This document shows, piece after piece, positions 47,598 through 54,738 of a stretch of DNA of 54,738 nt. Each line of letters begins with the position of its first letter. Position 1 is the stretch's first letter. The position numbers and the translations under genes are program-made. The stretch lies in assembly GCA_964471565.1 (NCBI GenBank), contig CAYYFK010000003.1:1-54738 (forward strand). Reading direction: 5' to 3'. The DNA comes from Candidatus Woesearchaeota archaeon. GTDB taxonomy: Archaea; Nanobdellota; Nanobdellia; SCGC-AAA011-G17; PNOQ01. The notes under the pieces are model-generated. The model ran no database searches and was not told the origin of the DNA. It worked only from the letters and a program-made list of their open reading frames with translations.

Positions 47598-48695
47598 ATG
47601 AAAAAATTAAACCTTGTATTTGTACTGTGCGTTGTTATTTTGCTTCTTACAGGGATTAATTTACTAAATTATTCTGATGAAAATGGATTTATTTTTACTG
47701 GTATGGCTACAGATCCTCCAGGTAATTGTCCAGATCCATGTTTAACAGAAGTTGATGGTTCTCCTTTTGAAGTTCCGGCTGGAGAATGTGGACCTTATTT
47801 GCCACAGTACTGTCCATCTGTAGTTGGAGATCCAAGTGAATGTGGTGTTTTCATAGATGATTGTTCTACGTGTGGTTGTAATGAAGGATTAGATTGTGAT
47901 TTTGGTGGTAGTTGTTATCTACCTGAAGAACCCCCACAAGGAAGTCATACTGAATGTGTTGAACTTCCCGGTGAAGAATTTGATTGTGTAAAATTTCCTG
48001 GAGAAGGAAGTAATGAATGTAGTGTAGATAGTGATTGTTATACTTCTAGCCATATGGTTTGTGTTGGTGGAGATTCTTGTGAAAGTGCTCCTGGCCCAGG
48101 AAGAGATCAATGTGATTTGATTGGTTGTTTTCCAGAGTATTTGAGTAGATGTGATGAATTCACTTGGGGCAATGAATGTCAAATTTCTAATGAGCCTGTT
48201 TATTGCCTTGATGGAGAATTTTTAAATGATTGTCAAATTTGTGGATGTCCTGGAGATTTAATGTGCCAAGAAAGTGGAGAATGTGCTATTCCATTAAGTG
48301 GTGGAGGCGAGGGAGATTTCGAAGAGTTGCTCTATTTATCTAGTGTCTCTCTAGAATTAGAAAAGAATGAATATGTAAAAAGCTTGGTAGAAAATAATCT
48401 AAGGAAAACTTTCGAATTCAAAAAACCTGAAACCCCCATATTAAGATTTGTAAGGCCAACCATTACTAAGATGTCTCTAAATCTGCCAGATAAACCTGCA
48501 ATAGAAAAGGTGGAAACCACTGGAGAAATCCAAAAGAGTCCAGAATTGGGAAAACTAGTTCTTATTCGTGGCTTGAGATTATCTAGAAATGGTATACAAT
48601 TCAGCCCAGGAGAAGTAAAGGAAGAATTTAATATGCTTTTGGGTTTAAAAAACAATCAACCATATATAAAACTTCATTTTCCAGATTTACCATAA
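47598..48695 (+). CDS. Secreted Cys-rich protein
   Basis: Signal/TM, FTGMAT, numerous Cys-rich modules; likely start MKKLNL. Confidence 0.75.
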   Translation: MKKLNLVFVLCVVILLLTGINLLNYSDENGFIFTGMATDPPGNCPDPCLTEVDGSPFEVPAGECGPYLPQYCPSVVGDPSECGVFIDDCSTCGCNEGLDCDFGGSCYLPEEPPQGSHTECVELPGEEFDCVKFPGEGSNECSVDSDCYTSSHMVCVGGDSCESAPGPGRDQCDLIGCFPEYLSRCDEFTWGNECQISNEPVYCLDGEFLNDCQICGCPGDLMCQESGECAIPLSGGGEGDFEELLYLSSVSLELEKNEYVKSLVENNLRKTFEFKKPETPILRFVRPTITKMSLNLPDKPAIEKVETTGEIQKSPELGKLVLIRGLRLSRNGIQFSPGEVKEEFNMLLGLKNNQPYIKLHFPDLP

Positions 48696-48696
48696 A

Positions 48697-49881
48697 ATGT
48701 TAGATATTATTAAAGAAAATAAAAAAGAAAGAAAAGAGTTAGCTAGAAATGTAAAAGAATTTTTAAAAAAAATAAAAAATAAAGATATAAAATTTTTTGT
48801 TGGTGGAAGTTATGCAAAAAACACTTTTTTAGACAGCAACTTAGATGTTGATATATTTGCTAAATTTGATTATAACCAATATAGGTTCAAAGACATTTCT
48901 AAGGAGCTAAAAAAGTTTTTGAAAACTAAATTTAAAAAAGTTGAAATTGTGCATGGATCTAGAGATTACTATCATATTCAAGAAAATGGAATTAGTTTTG
49001 AAATTGTTCCTGTTTTAGATATAAAGAGAAATAATCAAGCGCAGAACATAATGGATTACTCTCCCTTACATGTTAAGTTTGTAAAAAGGAAAACCAATAA
49101 AAAACTACAAAAAGAAATTAAATTATTGAAAATATTTTTAAGAGCTAATGGACTTTATGGTGCGGAATCATATATTCGTGGATTCTCTGGATATGTTTCA
49201 GAGCTTTTGATAGTTTATTATAAAAGTTTTGAAAAATTAGTAAAGAATGCTAAGTTATGGGGGAATGAGGAAATTGTTCATTTTGGAAGAAATAAAGAAA
49301 GGGCCCTTAGTAATTTAAGTAAATCAAAAAAAGTTTCTCCTTTAATAATTATAGATCCTGTTCAGGCAGATAGAAATGCTGCTGCCGCTTTATCTAAGAA
49401 AAACTATGAAAAATTTGTTTCACTATGTAAAGCTTATAACGGCAATAAGAGTTTTTTTGTTGAAAAGAAAGTACTATTAGATAAATTAAAAGGATATACC
49501 ATATTTGAAATAACTCCATTAAAAGGAAAAAAGGATATTATTGGAGCTAAATTATTAAGTTTGTTGGAGAGAATTAAGAAGGAGTTTGAGAGTTATGATT
49601 TCAAAATTGATGATTATGGCTGGAAATTTGAAGATAAGGTTTATTTCTTGTTTAAAGCAGGAAAGTTAACTAAAAAAAAGGTTCACCTTGGTCCAAAACT
49701 AAAGGATAAGAAGAATGTTGCTGCCTTTAAGAAAAAATGGAAAGAAGTTAAATCTTCCAAGGGCAAAGTTTATACCGTTCTTAATAGAAAATATCTTAGT
49801 CTGGATGAATATGGAAAATATCTGATTAAGAAAGATTGGATCAAAGAGAAAGTTAAGAGTGTTAAATTGTTTAAGAATTAA
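48697..49881 (+). CDS. cca: CCA-adding enzyme (archaeal class I)
   Basis: GGSYAKNT...DVDIF, GLYGAE..IRGFSGY..EL, DPVQ..RNAAAA. Confidence 0.9.
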   Translation: MLDIIKENKKERKELARNVKEFLKKIKNKDIKFFVGGSYAKNTFLDSNLDVDIFAKFDYNQYRFKDISKELKKFLKTKFKKVEIVHGSRDYYHIQENGISFEIVPVLDIKRNNQAQNIMDYSPLHVKFVKRKTNKKLQKEIKLLKIFLRANGLYGAESYIRGFSGYVSELLIVYYKSFEKLVKNAKLWGNEEIVHFGRNKERALSNLSKSKKVSPLIIIDPVQADRNAAAALSKKNYEKFVSLCKAYNGNKSFFVEKKVLLDKLKGYTIFEITPLKGKKDIIGAKLLSLLERIKKEFESYDFKIDDYGWKFEDKVYFLFKAGKLTKKKVHLGPKLKDKKNVAAFKKKWKEVKSSKGKVYTVLNRKYLSLDEYGKYLIKKDWIKEKVKSVKLFKN

Positions 49882-49931
49882 TTTTTTTAATAAAACGATA
49901 GATTTTTATACTTATTTTGCCTCCCCGATTT

Positions 49932-50099
49932 ATGGCAGATGGAATCATTAATGAAACTGATCTTGATGTTAAGCTAGAATATATAATTTCTAAAATGTTA
50001 CCTTTGGTAGATTTAAATATTCCTCAGGAAAAGATGGATGAATTTATTCAACAAAGACCATATGAGCTTAGTTCGAGTCCTGACCATATAGATTATTAG
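49932..50099 (+). CDS. Putative RiPP precursor peptide (55 aa)
   Basis: Short acidic peptide with its own TATA box and C-terminal RPYELSSSPDHIDY, directly upstream of rSAM/SPASM. Confidence 0.5.
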   Translation: MADGIINETDLDVKLEYIISKMLPLVDLNIPQEKMDEFIQQRPYELSSSPDHIDY

Positions 50100-50140
50100 T
50101 CTTTATCGTTTTCTAAAAAAGGTGGTTAAATAATAGTAGA

Positions 50141-51250
50141 ATGGAATTGGATGTAACCCTTGTGGCACAGGCGACGGAAAATTGTAATCTTGGTTGTGAT
50201 TATTGTTATTTGGCTAAAAAAAGACAAAAAAGAGATATGAATTTAGATGTTGCAGAGGTCTTGATTAAATCATTTTTAGAACATAATAATCAATTTGCCC
50301 ATTTTACTTGGGCCGGAGGTGAACCTCTTTTAAGAAGCAACAATTTTTGGAGAGAAATTATAAATATTGGCAAGAGTTATAATAAGAAGGATTTAGAATT
50401 ATCCCATTCTATTCAAACAAATGGTCTTTTATTGACAAAAACAAGGCACAAAGAACTAACCGATATGGGATTCAAAATTGGAAGTAGTTTTGATGGTTGT
50501 TTGGAACTTCAAGATTTAAATAGAAAATCAAAGAAAGGGAAGGATGTTGGAATTTCAGTTTTAGAGAATATAACTTCATTAGAAGGGGATGCTGGTCTGA
50601 TTTCTGTTCTGACAAAGAACATGGTAGGTAATGAAGAAAACGTTTATAAAAATTTAAGGAACCTTTCACAAAAAGCTAGAGTAAACTTTTTTGTTCCCTC
50701 TGGAAAAGGCCTAGAGAACTCAGATGAGCTTTTGCCAAGTAAAGAAGAAGCTTATTTATCTATGAAAAAATTTTATGAATTATGGAAGGACGATGAATCA
50801 GATTTTATTTTGAATCCATTTAGTAGTATGATTAGGGGATTATTTTTAGGATGGGTAAAAACATGTGACTTTTCGTCATATGCTTGTTATAGGATACTTG
50901 GTGCAAACCCTGTGGGGGAATTATTTTTATGTTCTAGATCTGCAAATATGCTCGATACAATGATTGGAGACATAAAAAAGACAGATTTGCAAGATACTAT
51001 TGGTTCTGAAAAGCACCAGGTAATATTAGACAGATTTTCTAAGCTAGAAGAAGGCGAATGTGAGGGGTGTGACTATTTGCCTTATTGCTCCGGAGGGTGT
51101 CCAATTGAGGCATTATCTTACTCTGGAAACTTTATGAGTAAAACATATTATTGTGAAACGAGAAAGGGGTTATTTGATATAATCCTGGAAGACTTAAATA
51201 CGGAAAATGGTAGAAATAGATTGCAAGAAAAAGTCGGAATGTTGGAATAA
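50141..51250 (+). CDS. Radical SAM/SPASM-domain protein
   Basis: CNLGCDYC, GGEPLL, QTNG, SFDG; SPASM C..GELFLC..CEGCDYLPYCSGGC..YC. Confidence 0.92.
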   Translation: MELDVTLVAQATENCNLGCDYCYLAKKRQKRDMNLDVAEVLIKSFLEHNNQFAHFTWAGGEPLLRSNNFWREIINIGKSYNKKDLELSHSIQTNGLLLTKTRHKELTDMGFKIGSSFDGCLELQDLNRKSKKGKDVGISVLENITSLEGDAGLISVLTKNMVGNEENVYKNLRNLSQKARVNFFVPSGKGLENSDELLPSKEEAYLSMKKFYELWKDDESDFILNPFSSMIRGLFLGWVKTCDFSSYACYRILGANPVGELFLCSRSANMLDTMIGDIKKTDLQDTIGSEKHQVILDRFSKLEEGECEGCDYLPYCSGGCPIEALSYSGNFMSKTYYCETRKGLFDIILEDLNTENGRNRLQEKVGMLE

Positions 51251-52082
51251 TGTAGATATTGTTCCATTTGATAAATACTCAAAAAATGATAAGTTTTTGA
51301 TATTGGAAAAGGGAAAACCTACTTTTTTTCTAAAGAGGTATAATAAAAATGAATTTAATATCAAATCAATTGCTGAGAGGGAAAGAAATGTTTTGGCTTT
51401 TTTTAATCAAAGTGAACTTCTTAGAACTCCTAGGTTGATTAGGGCAGATGAGGATTATATTATTACTAGATATGAAAGGGACCTCAGTGATGTTAATGTT
51501 TTGGACGCTTTTGATGAAATTGTAGATTTTCATATATCCTCCATGAATTATGATAGTTTTCCTAGTTTTTTTAGAGATCAAGTTTACGCAAATGACCGAA
51601 GAGTAAGGGGCCCAATAAGAGTTAATAAATATAGGGATTTGGTTGAAGTACTTTGGAACCCTGAAGAAATACTTGATTTTATGGCAGATGTTCCTCCCGA
51701 AAGATATAATGCTCTCCCTATAATTTTAACACACGGGGATTTACACAGAGGGAATATTCATAAAAACGAAAGTGGTGAAATTATATTTAATGACTTTGAG
51801 AGATCTTATTTTGATTACCCGACGTGGGATATTGCAAAATCTCTATTGGATTTATCTTATTCAGAGGTTGATTCTTTTATTGATAGATATATTGATGCGG
51901 TTAAAGATTCAATTCCCCATATCTCTGGAGAGAAACTAAGGGAATTAATTATTGGAGATTGCTTATACCGTATATTAACGGATTCTATTTCGGACAGGCA
52001 AACTGATAACTTTAAGGAAGTTGCCGCTAGACATTTGGTAAGGGATCGGGCTTTTTTAGAGAGGTTTGTTTTTCTGAATTAA
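51207..52082 (+). CDS. APH/choline-kinase-like phosphotransferase
   Basis: HGDLHRGNI, FNDFE, WDIAK. Confidence 0.85.
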   Translation: MVEIDCKKKSECWNNVDIVPFDKYSKNDKFLILEKGKPTFFLKRYNKNEFNIKSIAERERNVLAFFNQSELLRTPRLIRADEDYIITRYERDLSDVNVLDAFDEIVDFHISSMNYDSFPSFFRDQVYANDRRVRGPIRVNKYRDLVEVLWNPEEILDFMADVPPERYNALPIILTHGDLHRGNIHKNESGEIIFNDFERSYFDYPTWDIAKSLLDLSYSEVDSFIDRYIDAVKDSIPHISGEKLRELIIGDCLYRILTDSISDRQTDNFKEVAARHLVRDRAFLERFVFLN

Positions 52083-53528
52083 TTTTGCTTTCTTAATATT
52101 TAATTTAGCTGTATTTTTTGATTCTTCTTTTATTTCTGATTCTAAAACCTTTATTTTTTTCTTAAATAGTGGGCAATCCAGAACTAATGATTCAAATTCT
52201 CCGCCTTCTCCGGCAATATTTAGCCCGTTTTTTCTGTTTAGTTTTACCAATTTATCTATATCTTCATTTGTTATTATTTTGTTTAACCATGATTTATCTA
52301 AACCATCTGCTGCTATTGAAGAAAATATTATTTTGAAATTATTTTTTATTATTTCCCTCATAACTTCTTCTTGGTCTTTGTGCCATAATGGGGAAAATAC
52401 TTTTAATTTTAATTCCTTTGCAATCTTTTCTATTCTGTCTCTTTGATATTCTGAGAATAAAGCCCCAGTTATAATTCCTTGAATTTTGTATTTTTGTTTA
52501 GCTTTAATTAGTGCTTTTTCTAAATCTTTTAATTCGTGCTCTTTTTTTCCTGTTGTTTCTTGTAAAATTATTGGAATCTGCATCGCTTTTGCTTGTAATT
52601 CTGCTAAATGGATATTTGGAGTGTGATACATATATGAATCTGGATTTTTTGATTTAATTGTTATTAAGCAAGATATATTATATCCTTTCATTAAGTAGGT
52701 AGAATAACAAGAATCTTTTCCTGAAGAAAATAAAATTCCTAATTTCATAAATTGATTGAGATATTCTGATTTAAATTTTTTTTCTTTTTTTGCAAGCTTT
52801 TCTATTGCTTTATCTGATTTTGATCCGTATTGCGCTGCTTTTTTTGGCCTTAAAGAATATTTTTTTGGAATCCCTTCTTTTATTGCTAAATCCCTTAAAA
52901 TAAATTTATTTATGTTATTTTTTATTTTATATTTTTTTGGTATTTTTATTGAGTACTTCACTAACTCTTTTTTTAGGTATGGTGTTCTTATCTCTAAATT
53001 ATGATATTTTGTTATTAGTATATCCCTTATTAGATCTATTTTGTAGACATTTCTTAATCCGTCTTTTAACTCTTTATTTAGGTTCTTAGATTTTTTATGT
53101 CTTGAATATCCTCCAAAGATTTCATCTGAACCTAGACCGGATAAGACTATTTGTGTTTTATCCTTTTTTGCTAACTCTGATGCGGCATATATTGCCAGCG
53201 CCACAGAAACTTGGATAGGATTTGTGTTTTTTAGCATTGTGATTATTTTTTTTAGATATTTTGGAATCTCTTTTTGATTGATTATTTTATGTTTAAGTTT
53301 TAGATTTAGTTTTTTTGCAATTTCTTTTGAATTCTTTAGGTCTTCTGCATCCTTATCAAATGCGATTGTGTAACATGTAAAGTTGTAGTTTAGTTTTTTT
53401 AAATAATTGGCTAGAACTAGCGAATCTATTCCTCCTGAGAAAAATAGTCCAATTTTCTTATTTTTGGGGATACTTTCAATTGCATCTATTAATAACTTTT
53501 CTACCTGTTTTTGTTGTATTTTGTACAT
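52056..53528 (-). CDS. Asparagine-synthase-like domain fused to diphthine--ammonia ligase (Dph6)
   Basis: Two PP-loops: FSGGIDS (with SGLGSDEIFGGY) and FSSGKDS (with DSYMYH, GEGGEFES). Confidence 0.85.
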   Translation of the reverse strand: MYKIQQKQVEKLLIDAIESIPKNKKIGLFFSGGIDSLVLANYLKKLNYNFTCYTIAFDKDAEDLKNSKEIAKKLNLKLKHKIINQKEIPKYLKKIITMLKNTNPIQVSVALAIYAASELAKKDKTQIVLSGLGSDEIFGGYSRHKKSKNLNKELKDGLRNVYKIDLIRDILITKYHNLEIRTPYLKKELVKYSIKIPKKYKIKNNINKFILRDLAIKEGIPKKYSLRPKKAAQYGSKSDKAIEKLAKKEKKFKSEYLNQFMKLGILFSSGKDSCYSTYLMKGYNISCLITIKSKNPDSYMYHTPNIHLAELQAKAMQIPIILQETTGKKEHELKDLEKALIKAKQKYKIQGIITGALFSEYQRDRIEKIAKELKLKVFSPLWHKDQEEVMREIIKNNFKIIFSSIAADGLDKSWLNKIITNEDIDKLVKLNRKNGLNIAGEGGEFESLVLDCPLFKKKIKVLESEIKEESKNTAKLNIKKAKLIQKNKPL

Positions 53529-53567
53529 TGTATTCCCCCTAGTTTTTCAAAGAGATTGATATTTATA

Positions 53568-54631
53568 TATTTTAACCACTACATTTATATTCTATACTCC
53601 ATAATATTGTAAATATTTAACCACTACATAAATTTATATTGATTTAAATATTCTTCGGAACAAAATTTGGAAATTGCTTTTAATTTTCCTCTCTGACTGT
53701 TTTCTAAAGCAGATAAATATTTTCCTCTTTTTTCTACACGTATTGCCAATGGCCCTAGTCCTTTGTTCATTAGTAACCAATTCAATAATAATCTGCCTAC
53801 TCTTCCGTTCCCATCAACAAAAGGATGGATTATTTCAAATTGTGAATGGGACTGGGCCGCTACCTCAAAGTCATCTACTTTTTTATAAGCCTTAGTTATC
53901 CAGTTTAATAACTCTTTCATTCTTTCCTCTACAAATAGGTGGGAGGTTGTCAATGTTTCTCCTATGTAATTCTGTACTTTCTTATATTCGCCTAATGTTT
54001 CTTCATCTTCTATATCTCTGTTTACTAATTTATGTAACTCTAATAAATCTACTTTTTTTGGTAGTTTTTTATAGCTTTTTTCTACATATTGCCAAGCTTT
54101 TAATAGGTTTGTTGCCATATACAATTCCTTTTTTTTATGGCTTTCTGGAGTTATATCTTTGAAAAGATAATTAAATGTGTCTTTTGAAGTCAACGTAGAT
54201 CCTTCTATTGCGTTAGAGTTTGAAATAAATATACTTAGAAATTTTTCTCTTTCTTTTTCCTTGGATATATTATCCAAACTATCTAAATATTTTTTGTGTT
54301 TATCTGATATTTCCCTTATTTTTTTGTGATCTTGGTAAGATAGTTTATCTTTGAATTCCTTTAATATCTGATCTTTTTTTTCATAAGAGAATCTCATAGA
54401 TTCAAACTCTTCTTTTGGAATTGGTCTTTTCTTTCCTATATACTTTATTGTCTTTTGGATTACTTTTTGCTTTTTTCTTATAGAAGTTACTAAGTAAAGA
54501 TATTCGTTCCCATTTATCTTTTTTGTTACTATGTTTACCATAATTATTTTAACCACTACATATTTATAAACTTTTCTATCTATAACTCTTATTTTAATTT
54601 ATATTTTATTTATTTTAACCACTACATTTAT
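53568..54631. repeat. Four direct copies of TTTAACCACTACAT (53571, 53616, 54548, 54614); the outer pair is identical over 21 bp
   Basis: TATTTTAACCACTACATTTAT at 53568-53588 and 54611-54631 bracket the Fic gene. Confidence 0.9.
53624..54541 (-). CDS. Fic-domain protein
   Basis: HPFVDGNGRVGR catalytic motif and SNAIEG inhibitory-type motif; ATG 54541 follows the TATA box at 54563-54570. Confidence 0.92.
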   Translation of the reverse strand: MVNIVTKKINGNEYLYLVTSIRKKQKVIQKTIKYIGKKRPIPKEEFESMRFSYEKKDQILKEFKDKLSYQDHKKIREISDKHKKYLDSLDNISKEKEREKFLSIFISNSNAIEGSTLTSKDTFNYLFKDITPESHKKKELYMATNLLKAWQYVEKSYKKLPKKVDLLELHKLVNRDIEDEETLGEYKKVQNYIGETLTTSHLFVEERMKELLNWITKAYKKVDDFEVAAQSHSQFEIIHPFVDGNGRVGRLLLNWLLMNKGLGPLAIRVEKRGKYLSALENSQRGKLKAISKFCSEEYLNQYKFM

Positions 54632-54738
54632 TGTTCTTTAAGTTCCCACTAATTCTGTAATCACTAATCTATAAAGAAAAGTTGGGTCTGTCCAGAAAGG
54701 TTGCGTGAGCAACCAAGATAATTAAATTAATTCTCTTA

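Noticed and set aside
50141-51250. Anaerobic sulfatase maturase
   Set aside because: Similar fold, but no sulfatase nearby; the peptide and kinase context favours another substrate. Not excluded genome-wide.
2022-54162. Numerous 60-150-aa antisense or alternate-frame ORFs in the track (e.g. 2022..2276, 5260..5649, 20230..20679, 44237..44593)
   Set aside because: They lie wholly over well-supported genes and show no motifs; treated as shadow ORFs.
53568-54631. CRISPR array
   Set aside because: Repeats are 14-21 bp, irregularly spaced, with a gene between them and no cas genes.

Overview
Very AT-rich archaeal chromosome segment, most consistent with a DPANN lineage (Woesearchaeota/Pacearchaeota-like; inferred from archaeal EF-2/EF-1alpha/uS10, class I CCA-adding enzyme, diphthamide genes, TTTATAAA promoters with short leaders, class III pilin and bacterial-type ThrRS). 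It holds about 80 CDS and 3 tRNAs. Main results: (1) EF-2 is interrupted in its G1/P-loop motif by a 31-nt bulge-helix-bulge (BHB) intron (1818-1848) that contains an in-frame stop, so this EF-2 can only be made after tRNA-type splicing of the mRNA; the ORF track mis-calls its N-terminus. (2) Two divergent free-standing HTH-LAGLIDADG genes about 41 kb apart each sit beside an intron-containing gene (EF-2; tRNA-Gly) and share a 21-nt upstream element (CTTGTCACCTTGCCAYGCACG) placed exactly 9 nt before a TTTATAAA box. (3) tRNA-Ser(GGA) carries two BHB introns (29/30 and 37/38). (4) A candidate RiPP locus (55-aa peptide, radical SAM/SPASM, phosphotransferase). (5) A minimal [FeFe]-hydrogenase-like gene in an operon with 2-oxoacid:ferredoxin oxidoreductase. 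(6) A Fic gene bracketed by four direct repeats. (7) Unusual architectures: AccA-AccD fusion, AsnB-like-Dph6 fusion, N-terminal-only Dph2. All calls are by eye from motifs; no database searches or folding programs were run.
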